IMG/VR virus record: IMGVR_UViG_3300005289_000052
Coordinates: 124,001-188,000 of that record
Strand: one strand, 5' to 3'
DNA: 64,000 nt
Positions 20,437 to 29,993 of this stretch are shown in pieces. Each line of letters starts with the position of its first letter. Position 1 is the first letter of the stretch. Position numbers and translations under genes: made by a program. The notes under the pieces were generated by a model. The model was given only the letters and a program-made list of their open reading frames with translations, was not told the origin of the DNA and ran no database searches.

Positions 20437-20883
20437 TTAGAAAACGCTGTTGGCCTGGAAAACCTCGATCAGATCACGGTTCTCGTAAACGCACTTGTAG
20501 CGGTTTGCGATCTCGCAGGAGGTTGGGTCGGTGACTTCGCCGCACAGCAGCAGGTTCTTCAGGAGCGAAGAGGCCGCTGGGTGAGTAGCGTCGTGACACA
20601 GGCGGTAGCGGGTGATCCACAGCTTGAACACCAGGCCTTCCACGATATCCATGTCGATCACGTGCTGTTCGTTGATCACGTTCAGCGCTTGACCGATGTT
20701 GATACGCAGAGTGTTGCGGTACCAGGCTTCTGGATGATCCACAGCACTGGACGGCAGCGGGAGCTGACTTGCCAGGGCATCGGCCACCAACAGGCTGACA
20801 ACTTTGCAGCGGTCAGCGAATTGCACTTCACCACAGTCCAGAGCAGTCTGGAGAGCAGCGGCGATAGGTTTAATCTGTAGCAT
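20437..20883 (-). CDS. Small head-associated protein
   Basis: 148 aa between two head genes. Confidence 0.55.
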   Translation of the reverse strand: MLQIKPIAAALQTALDCGEVQFADRCKVVSLLVADALASQLPLPSSAVDHPEAWYRNTLRINIGQALNVINEQHVIDMDIVEGLVFKLWITRYRLCHDATHPAASSLLKNLLLCGEVTDPTSCEIANRYKCVYENRDLIEVFQANSVF

Positions 20884-20892
20884 GGCTTAGCC

Positions 20893-22161
20893 CTATGCGA
20901 ATTTCAGGTTGGTAAGTTTCTCGGCGGTTACGAAGAGCTGGTTGTTCACCAGTTTCTCCAGTTCCACCTGGAAGCGAAGTTGTTCGTATTGCTTACGACC
21001 ACTTGGCAGGATGCTGGTGTAGAAGAACTGCATCAGCGTGCGTTTGTCGTCGATGTTCTTGAGCAACGCGTCGACCGCTTCGATGTCGTCCACGATTGCT
21101 TTGCGCTGATCGGCAGGCAGGTCTTTTTGCTTGAGAGAAGCAACCAGCTCACGTTTCATGCGACCCAGACGAGCACCCGGATCATCGTACAGCTTCATGG
21201 CAGGGTTGAGCAGCAGAACCAGCAGGATCAAACCGGCGGTAGGGATGATCAACGCGAAGAACAGGATCACACGGATTACGGTAGCGAAGATGTGCATGCC
21301 AGTCGACATGTACGAGGAATCGCCGCCATAGTGACGGTGGATCTTGTCCAGACCAGTGGCGAGGAAACGGCCAGCACCTTGACGGATAGCGTACTGGTCA
21401 GCCAGAGCTTCGGTCGCGGTCAGGTCGTAGATGTTCGAGCCCAGGGAGGATTTCGCCTCGAGGATCGCTTTGCGCAGAACGACGGTTTGGAAGACTTCCT
21501 TGCTCTCGCACTTAACCAGTGCTTCAGGGTCATCCAGCGAGATATCCAACGCCTTGCAAGCCTCGTCCAGAACCTGGGTACGTTTGATCACGTCGTCAGA
21601 TTTGAAGAATGCTTGGGTGGCAGCGTGTAGAATTACGTTCGTCGTTAATGTATGACCGAGGAACTCGTAGTAGGTAAACAGGTGACCTACTTCGTGCAGG
21701 CAAACGGCTGCTCGCTCTTCGTCACACAGCAGGGTGCTTTCACACAGCCCTTTGTAGACAGTCAGGGAGTGTTCGATTTCTGAGAAGATACCGGACACTT
21801 TACCGCTTTTCAGGTCGACGGAACCCTTGATGATGTCACTGCGACGTGCTTTGATGAATTTCTTCACGTCAGTGTTGTCGATGTGCGGCTTCCACCAATC
21901 GTAGATCAGTGGGTTGTTCTTATCGACCATCGGCGGGATGACATACGCATTGATGTCATTGTTTTTCTCGACCTTGAAATTGACCTTGAGGCCAGTGTGA
22001 CGCTTGATGATTTCTGCGAATCCGATCCGCTTAAGGGCGTCTCCTTCGTAGGCCTTCTCCGTACGCATCCGTTGGAAAGCCAACGTAAGTTCTTTGAAGA
22101 AGAGATCATTCTGGACTTGAATGGCCTCGAGGCCTATGGAAAGTCGTTTACTGGTTAACAT
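20893..22161 (-). CDS. Virion protein with zincin-like HExxH motif and a transmembrane segment
   Basis: CLHEVGH, downstream EALADQYA, hydrophobic VIRVILFFALIIPTAGLILLVLLL, N-terminal IGLE. Confidence 0.65.
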   Translation of the reverse strand: MLTSKRLSIGLEAIQVQNDLFFKELTLAFQRMRTEKAYEGDALKRIGFAEIIKRHTGLKVNFKVEKNNDINAYVIPPMVDKNNPLIYDWWKPHIDNTDVKKFIKARRSDIIKGSVDLKSGKVSGIFSEIEHSLTVYKGLCESTLLCDEERAAVCLHEVGHLFTYYEFLGHTLTTNVILHAATQAFFKSDDVIKRTQVLDEACKALDISLDDPEALVKCESKEVFQTVVLRKAILEAKSSLGSNIYDLTATEALADQYAIRQGAGRFLATGLDKIHRHYGGDSSYMSTGMHIFATVIRVILFFALIIPTAGLILLVLLLNPAMKLYDDPGARLGRMKRELVASLKQKDLPADQRKAIVDDIEAVDALLKNIDDKRTLMQFFYTSILPSGRKQYEQLRFQVELEKLVNNQLFVTAEKLTNLKFA

Positions 22162-22247
22162 ATCAGCTCCATGGCTCGGGGGTGGGCTGTTAGAAAAGAT
22201 GACTCATAATGATAGTTTGAGCAAGGGCCACTAAAGGGAAACGTGCA

Positions 22248-23942
22248 GTGAACCAACCAAATTTTAACCCAGATGAAGTGAAAGGTTACGAAGTTAAACA
22301 CGTGACCTATACCCGTTCGAATAACCGAGATTCGAATGATGATGCGCTGATCATTAAGAAGATCGCGCACATGAAAAACGGTGACCAGATCCCGTTCCTC
22401 GATTTGGAGAAGAACTATAAACGTACGTTCTATCTGGAGCGTAATCAGAACTACACCGAGAAGAAGACTCAGCAGAAACTGCGGCGTCTGCAACAGTTCA
22501 CTTGTACCCAACGTAACCTGATCCCTTCGATCGGTCGTGCGTTAGGTCGTGGTAGCGTTAAAGGTGGTTTACGGACTATCGCTCGTAACCCTTTCTTATA
22601 CGGCACCGACATCACCAGTGCGACCCTGTACAAGCAGGACTTCCGTAAAGCGTACCCGGACTGTAACTCGCCTAACCGTGTAGCAGTATTCGACATTGAA
22701 ACTGATGTCGTAAACGGTGACGGTAGCGAACCGATCTGTATGTCCCTGACTTTCAAGGACAAGGTTTTCCTCGTTGTTACGAAGAAGTGGATCGGCACCA
22801 TTCAGGAGTTCGAGAAGAAAGCACACGCAGCGGCTGACAAGTATCTAAGCGAGCACTTCAAAGCTCGTAACATCACCATGGAAGTTATGGTGGTGGATAC
22901 TCCTGGTCAAGCGGTGGTGGAAACCTTCAAGCGTGCTCACGAGTGGAAGCCTGACTTCGTATCCGTCTGGAACATCAACTTCGACCTTCCAAAATGCTTG
23001 GCAGTATTGCAGAAAGAAGGCATCGACCCAGCACAGGTGTTCTCTGATCCGTCGGTTCCAGAAGAGTTCAAGTTCTTCCGTTATAAAGAAGGCAACGCCA
23101 CCAAGGTTACTGCAACTGGTCGAGTGGACTCCATTCACCCAGCAGAACGTTGGCACGTGGCCGAGTGTCCAGCTACCTTCTTCTTGATTGACTCGATGTG
23201 CGTGTACAAACGTATCCGCATGGCGAAGCAGAACGAACCGAGCTACGGCTTGGACGCAGTCATGAAGAAGAACCTCAAGAACCTGGGTAAGCTCAAGTTC
23301 GCTGAGGCAGATGCTTACAGTGGTCTGCAATGGCACATTTTCATGCAGGACAACTACAAGGTCGAATACTCGATCTATAACGTCTTTGACTGCATTGGTG
23401 TGGAGATCCTCGACGAGAAGATCAAAGACCTACAACTGGTTATCTCGACGCAATCCAAAGCATCGGAGTACACCATCTATAACTCGCAACCTAAGCGACT
23501 TGTGGATGACTTCTACTTCTTCTGCTTGGAGCGTGATTTTGTTCTGGGTTCTTGCTCGGACGAAATGGCTCACGAGTACGATCAGTACGTAACTGACATG
23601 AAGGGTTGGATCGTTACGCTACCGTCTCACCAGACTGTAGACAACGGTATTGCAGTGTTGGAGGAAATGCCAGACGTACGGACCTACATCCGAACGCACG
23701 TGGCTGACTTGGACATTGTATCCACCTACCCGAACGTACAGGTGATCCTGAACATCTCTCGTGAGACTACTCGCCGTGAGCTGTACAAGATTGCAGGTGT
23801 CGACGTCCGTACACAACGGATGGCAGGCATTAACCTGACGGGTGGACATGTCAATGCTGTTGAGATTGCGTGCTCGATCTACCAAGCACCTAACTTCGAC
23901 ATGTTGCTGAAAGACTTCGAAGAAGAGCAGAAGGCGGCATAA
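22248..23942 (+). CDS. Split family-B DNA polymerase, exonuclease + motif A subunit (phiKZ gp82-like)
   Basis: ExoI FDIET, ExoII WNINFD, ExoIII YNVFD, PolB motif A DLDIVSTYP. Confidence 0.85.
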   Translation: MNQPNFNPDEVKGYEVKHVTYTRSNNRDSNDDALIIKKIAHMKNGDQIPFLDLEKNYKRTFYLERNQNYTEKKTQQKLRRLQQFTCTQRNLIPSIGRALGRGSVKGGLRTIARNPFLYGTDITSATLYKQDFRKAYPDCNSPNRVAVFDIETDVVNGDGSEPICMSLTFKDKVFLVVTKKWIGTIQEFEKKAHAAADKYLSEHFKARNITMEVMVVDTPGQAVVETFKRAHEWKPDFVSVWNINFDLPKCLAVLQKEGIDPAQVFSDPSVPEEFKFFRYKEGNATKVTATGRVDSIHPAERWHVAECPATFFLIDSMCVYKRIRMAKQNEPSYGLDAVMKKNLKNLGKLKFAEADAYSGLQWHIFMQDNYKVEYSIYNVFDCIGVEILDEKIKDLQLVISTQSKASEYTIYNSQPKRLVDDFYFFCLERDFVLGSCSDEMAHEYDQYVTDMKGWIVTLPSHQTVDNGIAVLEEMPDVRTYIRTHVADLDIVSTYPNVQVILNISRETTRRELYKIAGVDVRTQRMAGINLTGGHVNAVEIACSIYQAPNFDMLLKDFEEEQKAA

Positions 23943-23984
23943 AAGGCAAAAAAAAGAAGGGGTGCAAGCCCCTTCTTTATGCCG
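23935..23984. terminator. Bidirectional compound terminator
   Basis: Plus strand: hairpin-TTTATGCCG. Minus strand: hairpin-T8-GCC-TTTTATGCCG. Confidence 0.8.
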
Positions 23985-24551
23985 TCAGCCTTCCAACTGT
24001 GCAGGACCACGATCCAGTTTAAACCGCACTGGATCTTCAAGGTCTGCATAGTCGTAGGACATGATCACGCTGGCAATTACTTTACCGTCAGTTCCAGCCC
24101 ACTCGACTTTATCGAAGTCAAAGTCCACGATCTCGAAGATCTTGTCCTTGTGTGCATCGAAGAAGTTGTGGACCAAGTTAGGGATTTCACCGTCCCCAAC
24201 GACAAACGCACGCATGGACTCAGGAGCCAACTTGCGTTGCATAACCAACGTTTCTGTACCACGCAGTCGAGTCTTACGATGTCTGACGATCGCAGCAAAC
24301 TCGTTGGTGAGTACGAAGTAGGTTTCGACGTGACCGAAGACCGGATCACGATCTACCTCTACTGTACAACGCCAACTAGGTTCATGCGCCAACAGATCAA
24401 CGTGGTGAAGCCGCCGGAGTTTCTCGGCTTCATCCAGAGACACTAAGTCTTCACCTTGACCGAGGAAGTACTGCTCAAATTCATCCACGGTAAAGTAAGA
24501 CATCTCGGGTTGACCATGGCCTGCATCAAGATCAACGCGTGAGTGTCCCAT
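23985..24551 (-). CDS. Hypothetical protein
   Basis: 188 aa, TAATG coupling to the upstream gene. Confidence 0.65.
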   Translation of the reverse strand: MGHSRVDLDAGHGQPEMSYFTVDEFEQYFLGQGEDLVSLDEAEKLRRLHHVDLLAHEPSWRCTVEVDRDPVFGHVETYFVLTNEFAAIVRHRKTRLRGTETLVMQRKLAPESMRAFVVGDGEIPNLVHNFFDAHKDKIFEIVDFDFDKVEWAGTDGKVIASVIMSYDYADLEDPVRFKLDRGPAQLEG

Positions 24552-25522
24552 TAGACGGCCCCGAAGATCGGCTGTTGGAAGTTTTCGTTGTAGCCTTCTT
24601 CGCCTGGCAGTACGTTCTCACCGTCAGCCAGCAGAATTTGCAGAACGCGCGGTTTGTCAGCACGAGTGATGCAGATGATCTTCTCGTACATTTCCGGGGC
24701 GTTCATTTCCACCAACGTAGCACGCACTGGAGTTTCGTCAGGACGAGCCAAGCCAACGCCGGTTTCGCCCAATTCCAGTGGACCTGGTGATTGTGCCAGC
24801 AACAGGATAACGTGCGACAACACGTTCATCGGTTGGGCAGCACTGATGAACAACTCGTAACCCACCGTGTTCACCAGACCAGTGGTATAGATGAACTGTG
24901 GAGTTGTGCCCTGGGCTTCCACGTGGTGTGCTGCAAAGCCGTGTTCAGCGATCAGGCGATCGGTACGATCTTGTACCTGACTGCGTTCTGCGGCTGCCAT
25001 CACCTTGGTCAGTTGTTCGCGGGACAGTTCCTTGTTGGCAACCAGACCTTTGAAGAACAGATCACGAGTGAAGTGTTCGTTGACGAACTCACGGGTGTGG
25101 TAGGCCGTGGCGATGATCTCGGCTTCGAACTGTTCAACGTGCAGGTTCGGGCACTGAGCAACCTTGATCAGGAACTCACGCAGATCAGCACCGGTTGGGA
25201 TCAGATCCCAGGTGAAGAACAACTGGCCAGGAATCGGCGAGGCGTTGAACTCTTCCGGCTCTACGTAACGACCATACTCGTTGTTGATCAGGTACTCCAT
25301 GAAACCACCGACGATTTCTTCAGCGCGTGGATGACCAGCGCGGTCGAGGTTCTGGTAGCTTGGCACGCCTTCCGGCAGAGTAACCGACGAGATGTAGATC
25401 TCGTACATCTGGTACGGGTTGAACTGTTTGCTGGCTTCAAAGCCGTAACCGAAGAACGAACCCAGTTGCATTGGGGCCAGTTGGAAGATTGCGCGTGCGC
25501 CTTTTTGTGCTTGCATTATCAA
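24551..25522 (-). CDS. Protein with C-terminal DUF4262-like domain
   Basis: HGFAAHHV..PQFIYTTGL..YELFI..VLQILLAD..LPGEEGY pattern. Confidence 0.6.
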   Translation of the reverse strand: MIMQAQKGARAIFQLAPMQLGSFFGYGFEASKQFNPYQMYEIYISSVTLPEGVPSYQNLDRAGHPRAEEIVGGFMEYLINNEYGRYVEPEEFNASPIPGQLFFTWDLIPTGADLREFLIKVAQCPNLHVEQFEAEIIATAYHTREFVNEHFTRDLFFKGLVANKELSREQLTKVMAAAERSQVQDRTDRLIAEHGFAAHHVEAQGTTPQFIYTTGLVNTVGYELFISAAQPMNVLSHVILLLAQSPGPLELGETGVGLARPDETPVRATLVEMNAPEMYEKIICITRADKPRVLQILLADGENVLPGEEGYNENFQQPIFGAV

Positions 25523-26004
25523 TGCTCCTGAGCATCAGTAGGTTCGTCGAACTGGATGTCGACAATTCGGAGAAGGTTTAGAACGTCGGCCAACACTGTT
25601 TCCAGCGGAGGACGACGCAGTTGTAGTTCGGGATAGAAGCGTGCAGACGTACCATCAGGGCGCAAAGCACCGATGAATTTGATAGCCTCCCAGTGCACAA
25701 CTGGATGGGTACCATAGATGTAGGTGGCGATCCCTTGGCCCCACCACATTGTTATCCCGTGAGAAGTGGCTCGGACATTGGTTTGTTTGTGGAACCAGAC
25801 CTTAACCGTACCGTCTTCTTGAATGTGGGGTGGTGTACGTTCCCAGTCGATGCCTCGTACATCCAGCACCATGTAGAACATACCACCCTTCTTAAGCTCA
25901 GCATGCTTGAACTTCTCGTACAAGTCCATCATGCGTTTGCCTGCCCACGGGTACAGTCGAGCGATACTTTGGATATCAGAGACCATGCGATCAGACTGGC
26001 TCAT
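25519..26004 (-). CDS. Hypothetical protein
   Basis: 161 aa, ATGA overlaps on both sides. Confidence 0.65.
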   Translation of the reverse strand: MSQSDRMVSDIQSIARLYPWAGKRMMDLYEKFKHAELKKGGMFYMVLDVRGIDWERTPPHIQEDGTVKVWFHKQTNVRATSHGITMWWGQGIATYIYGTHPVVHWEAIKFIGALRPDGTSARFYPELQLRRPPLETVLADVLNLLRIVDIQFDEPTDAQEH

Positions 26005-26666
26005 TTATCTTTCACCTTTTTGTAGACGGCCCAGTTGTCACGCATACCGCCGAAGCGGATGTGATGGCGTTCAAGCTCCATGGTCATTTCCCCATCACGC
26101 TCGAAAGCGAGATCGAAGTAATGGAACATCGAGTCAGAGCCAGTACAACCCATGAAGCCCTCGCCCTGATAGATCATAACCTGACCTACCCGCATTTTCT
26201 GGAGAACCTTTAGAGCAAAGTCGCTCCCCATCGGAGGCCAACCCATGACGAGCACGTCGTACGGATCGTAGTCCACTTCCAGGGCGTCACCACACTCGGA
26301 ACCGAAGTTCTTCTTGTCGTGAGTCCAGTACCACGAAGACCACAGATCCACAGCACGATAGTTCTCGACGCCACGCTGGCGCAGGTGTGCAGCCACGTAA
26401 CCAGTACCAGCACCCACCTCGAGGACGTTTTTGTCTTTGAGGTAGTTAGCCAGATAGTCAGCGTTCTCAGAGGTCAGGATGAACCACGCGTTGTTACGCA
26501 CATAGTCTTCACGCTGATGATAGTCGTGCTCGATCTCGTTGAAGATCTCGTTGAGTTCACCAAGAGACGGGTCTTGGAATTGCTTCCATTCCTGCTTAGT
26601 CATCAGTGGGAATGGTTCATCGAACTGTTCTGGTACGCCTGGCTTCTTGACGGAAGTTGCTTGCAT
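26001..26666 (-). CDS. Class I SAM-dependent methyltransferase-like protein
   Basis: VLEVGAGTGY motif I, AVD, GDA, VLVMGWPP; AAGGAG SD. Confidence 0.8.
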   Translation of the reverse strand: MQATSVKKPGVPEQFDEPFPLMTKQEWKQFQDPSLGELNEIFNEIEHDYHQREDYVRNNAWFILTSENADYLANYLKDKNVLEVGAGTGYVAAHLRQRGVENYRAVDLWSSWYWTHDKKNFGSECGDALEVDYDPYDVLVMGWPPMGSDFALKVLQKMRVGQVMIYQGEGFMGCTGSDSMFHYFDLAFERDGEMTMELERHHIRFGGMRDNWAVYKKVKDK

Positions 26667-26683
26667 ACTTGTTCTCCTTAGAA

Positions 26684-26947
26684 CTAGAAATTATCAAACT
26701 TGCCCAATTGGTCTTGCAGGCGAGTTCTGTACTTCTCGATATCGAACCAGTAGAAGTGCGGACAGTCAGCCGTTTGGAGCTGACCGTGGAAATGTACAAC
26801 GCAAGGGTAAATTGCTTCTACACCACCGGGCTGACGAGGATTACACTCCTTGCCATAGTGACGACCGGTGGCTTCACGAAAACCCTGACGGTTACGCACG
26901 ATGTAGACGCCATAAGTCAATTGGCGGTAAACGTCCCCCATAGTCAC
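26684..26947 (-). CDS. Small hypothetical protein, YPCVV paralog 1
   Basis: 87 aa; aligns by eye with the next ORF. Confidence 0.65.
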   Translation of the reverse strand: MTMGDVYRQLTYGVYIVRNRQGFREATGRHYGKECNPRQPGGVEAIYPCVVHFHGQLQTADCPHFYWFDIEKYRTRLQDQLGKFDNF

Positions 26948-27216
26948 TCCCCTTGCACTTCGCGAAATTGTGCCAACAACTTGTCTTTGTAATTCTCAAG
27001 ACACATCCAACGCACACCCATGTCACCCCAACGATCGAAGTACGTCCATACCACACACGGGTATTTCTTCGGGTAGTTGGTTGGGTAATCCAGAGGCTCG
27101 TCTTCCTTTTTATGCTCACGCTTCACAAGGTCACGGTAAGCGCCCTGGGTACGGCAGAGATGCCCGCCGCACATCAAGCGTTTGTAATTTGGTTTTGCAG
27201 TTACCGCAGTATTCAT
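26944..27216 (-). CDS. Small hypothetical protein, YPCVV paralog 2
   Basis: Start ATG 27216 with G-rich SD; 90 aa. Confidence 0.65.
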   Translation of the reverse strand: MNTAVTAKPNYKRLMCGGHLCRTQGAYRDLVKREHKKEDEPLDYPTNYPKKYPCVVWTYFDRWGDMGVRWMCLENYKDKLLAQFREVQGE

Positions 27217-27270
27217 TTTCCATGCCCCCTCTAGGGCTACAAACAAGAAGGGGTCCTGAGACCCCAATTG

Positions 27271-27657
27271 TTATTTTCCACGTTCCTCAAAGAAGCTGAG
27301 GATTTTTCCTCGGCAGCGACGCACCCAGCGACCACAGGGAACTTGAGTCCCAGTTTTATGGCCTTGAAGTACGCGATCCCGTTCTGTCTTAAAGACCAGA
27401 GGCAGAGGATAGTAGATCCACAGATCATTAACCACACGACGCACCAAGGAGTAGTTGTACTCCCGACTGTCTACCTTCTCGTAGATACCCAGCCTGCATT
27501 GTTCAATTTCTTCTTCACGCAACTCATCGTACAGGATAGTGGTGATCCCAGTTTCTTCGTCAAAGAATTGCTTCTTTCGGAAGAGTGTGCCTTCTAAGGC
27601 GTGACTGTAGATCTTGTCATCTTTCTTGATGATGAGGCGGTCGGTGGTCTCCGTCAT
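27271..27657 (-). CDS. Hypothetical protein
   Basis: ATG 27657 overlaps the upstream stop (ATGA). Confidence 0.6.
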   Translation of the reverse strand: MTETTDRLIIKKDDKIYSHALEGTLFRKKQFFDEETGITTILYDELREEEIEQCRLGIYEKVDSREYNYSLVRRVVNDLWIYYPLPLVFKTERDRVLQGHKTGTQVPCGRWVRRCRGKILSFFEERGK

Positions 27658-27947
27658 GGTACTTGTATCCCGTTCTTCTTGATCCATTCTTGTACTTCTG
27701 GAGCCATGCGTTGAAGCTGCTCGGGCGAGTACTTTTTCAGGTCAAAGACAACGTGATCGCCATCGCGCATCTCGAAGTTGAAGAACGATTTACCAGTGGC
27801 GTAGTTGTAGCAGTCCCCTGCATTGCAGTGAACCGGTTGCATGTCTTTCACCCATGCTGGATCTTGATCCGCTTTTGGTTGAGCACCAACGTTCGCCTGT
27901 ACAGAAGTGCAGGCTACCAGAGCGATTACTGCGAAAAGAGATTTCAT
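27654..27947 (-). CDS. Small secreted/periplasmic protein
   Basis: Signal peptide MKSLFAVIALVACTSVQA; C-x4-C pair. Confidence 0.65.
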   Translation of the reverse strand: MKSLFAVIALVACTSVQANVGAQPKADQDPAWVKDMQPVHCNAGDCYNYATGKSFFNFEMRDGDHVVFDLKKYSPEQLQRMAPEVQEWIKKNGIQVP

Positions 27948-27954
27948 TATTATG

Positions 27955-28266
27955 TCATTCCACAATGACTAGTTTTTGATTGTCAAACAGCGCAGGCAGA
28001 CTAACCGGGTCTTCTGCTTGTCGACGGAGAAAATCTTCCACCGAGATTGGGGTATCCAAGTCGGAGAAAGAGATGTAGCGAATCCCACCGCATTCGGTTT
28101 TCACGTAAGCGTAGGGGTACTTCGGTTTAGTGGACGGGAGGTTATCCGCGATCCACTGTGTTGCAGCCTGCGCAGCTTCCAGGGTTGGGTAGATCTTGTC
28201 GGAAGTGTGCTGGATCTTGACCGTTGCTTTGCTGTAGTCAGGCTGGTACATTGAGTAGTCCTGCAT
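27955..28266 (-). CDS. Hypothetical protein
   Basis: About 100 aa in a tightly packed run; start uncertain. Confidence 0.6.
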   Translation of the reverse strand: MQDYSMYQPDYSKATVKIQHTSDKIYPTLEAAQAATQWIADNLPSTKPKYPYAYVKTECGGIRYISFSDLDTPISVEDFLRRQAEDPVSLPALFDNQKLVIVE

Positions 28267-28513
28267 CAGAGAGGTCTTTGCGGATCATGCGGTACACGAT
28301 CCAGGTTGCAACCACAACGAAGAACAACAACCACACCTTGAAGATCGCCAGCACTACAGCGATAATCAAGAACCCAGTTGGCGAGAAGTTCTGGACACCC
28401 CACAGTGCAACCTTGGTCCAGAAGGTTTCTTTCTTGGTCAGGATGTATTCGCGACTAGCTTTCCAAACCACGAACAAACCGAACATCACCAACAACAGAA
28501 TCAATACGCCCAT
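28238..28513 (-). CDS. Small membrane protein
   Basis: 91 aa, AAGGAG SD, 2-3 hydrophobic segments. Confidence 0.7.
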   Translation of the reverse strand: MGVLILLLVMFGLFVVWKASREYILTKKETFWTKVALWGVQNFSPTGFLIIAVVLAIFKVWLLFFVVVATWIVYRMIRKDLSDAGLLNVPA

Positions 28514-28516
28514 GTC

Positions 28517-28732
28517 TCACTCCTTGTTTTTGATAGGTCTATAACAACACACCCCATCGAACTCATAGCGTTGAGTAGGATAGGTTTTTTGAGGCGGTGG
28601 CGCGGGAGGATCATTCCTGTGAATAAACGCATGAACACCCGCACCGATACCACCTACCACAATGCCAATGATGCACAGTCCGATCAAACCGCCGATCATC
28701 ATCATTGCTTCATCTTGAGCGCGCATGCACAA
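28517..28732 (-). CDS. Small single-pass membrane protein
   Basis: Gly-rich hydrophobic helix, Pro-rich linker; AGGAG SD. Confidence 0.65.
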   Translation of the reverse strand: MCMRAQDEAMMMIGGLIGLCIIGIVVGGIGAGVHAFIHRNDPPAPPPQKTYPTQRYEFDGVCCYRPIKNKE

Positions 28733-28735
28733 CTC

Positions 28736-29029
28736 CTAGAAGACGTACTTCACGACCTTGATGTTAGCCTGTGTTGCCACAGGGTACAGATCCTTACGGT
28801 GCCACGTTTCCGAGACACTTTCAGAATAGTTGTTGAGGTGTTGCACTTCGTCCTGAGAGGTCGCAGGAGGCTCTTGGACGTGCGGAAGAGCAATAACGGT
28901 GAGCACTAGGGCTACCACGAATACGAACACCAGCCAGCGCAGGAAAGCGTTCTGGCGGGCAAGTTCACGTTGATCCACGTTCTCCAGATTGTGGATCAGT
29001 TCTTTGTTCTTCTGGGATTCCTTATCCAT
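28736..29029 (-). CDS. Small single-pass membrane protein
   Basis: 97 aa, central WLVFVFVVALVLTVIAL. Confidence 0.65.
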   Translation of the reverse strand: MDKESQKNKELIHNLENVDQRELARQNAFLRWLVFVFVVALVLTVIALPHVQEPPATSQDEVQHLNNYSESVSETWHRKDLYPVATQANIKVVKYVF

Positions 29030-29229
29030 TACTTACCCACCCAAACTTTAGCTTCGGTTTGTTCGAACGAGCCATCTTCCAAGATGACTGTTTGTTTCAC
29101 AACACACCAGCCAGCTTCACACTGAGCAGGTTCAGACTTGAGGTCTTTCATCTGGTACATTGCGAAAGCCGACGAGCAGATGCCAGCGAGGGCGATAACG
29201 GCGATCAGAGCTTTAACGAATTTGTTCAT
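29029..29229 (-). CDS. Small secreted protein
   Basis: Signal peptide MNKFVKALIAVIALAGICSSAFA; CEAGWC. Confidence 0.65.
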   Translation of the reverse strand: MNKFVKALIAVIALAGICSSAFAMYQMKDLKSEPAQCEAGWCVVKQTVILEDGSFEQTEAKVWVGK

Positions 29230-29263
29230 GGTTCTATTTCCTTCTGAGGATATTTAAGTTAGG

Positions 29264-29905
29264 TTAGTAATGCGACTTCGGGTTGAAGTCGATACCGGGC
29301 AAACGGCTTACTGCTGTCATGAGTCGATGAACGTGGGCAACCTGGATGCTGATCCGGGAAGGACCACCACGAGGATAACCACGACCACGTGTAAGTTGCT
29401 GCGCTGCGTCATTGACTGCGACAACCAGTCCTTGAATGAACTTGCGTTCTTCTTCGCTGGGGTTGAAGCGCATTGGGCACAGACGAACGAATTCTTCTAC
29501 AGTCCAGCCCATGATGAAGATTTCGCCATTCTTGATGGTTACTTCTTCGGCAGGGTTTATGTGGAGATAGACACGATACAACAACGCCATTTCGTCATTC
29601 TTCTGACTTGGGCGTTCGGCAGGATGAAGTATCTCGCGAAGTTCTTCGATCGTGTGGGGCCGGATGGATTGTACCAGAGTCATCACAGAAGCTGGCGGTA
29701 GCGGTTCACGTCGCAACTGTTGATTGTGATCCAGAGCAAGCTTCACCTTTAACTTGCTAGGGGAGTAAGCGATTGCAAATGGTTTGTGTGCGTGAACCGA
29801 AACAATCGTGTAGTGTGTGGAATTCGAATACTGTAGACTGTTGTCGTAGTTGTAAATCAACGCGTGGATGAGGAGACGAGTCTCTTCGCGCATGGAGTTC
29901 TCCAA
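29264..29905 (-). CDS. Hypothetical protein, first gene after an early promoter
   Basis: About 210 aa; start uncertain (TTG 29905 or ATG 29893). Confidence 0.6.
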   Translation of the reverse strand: MENSMREETRLLIHALIYNYDNSLQYSNSTHYTIVSVHAHKPFAIAYSPSKLKVKLALDHNQQLRREPLPPASVMTLVQSIRPHTIEELREILHPAERPSQKNDEMALLYRVYLHINPAEEVTIKNGEIFIMGWTVEEFVRLCPMRFNPSEEERKFIQGLVVAVNDAAQQLTRGRGYPRGGPSRISIQVAHVHRLMTAVSRLPGIDFNPKSHY

Positions 29906-29950
29906 AGAACGAAAGGTTAGGGACCGATATAACTCAGTCTATTCACCAGT

Positions 29951-29970
29951 GTAATATAGATTTGAGATTT
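29951..29970 (-). promoter_or_regulatory. Early (virion RNAP) promoter
   Basis: Minus strand AAATCTCAAATCTATATTAC, 19/20 identical to 10993-11012. Confidence 0.8.
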
Positions 29971-29993
29971 TTTTGATTCCAGTTTACACGTAT

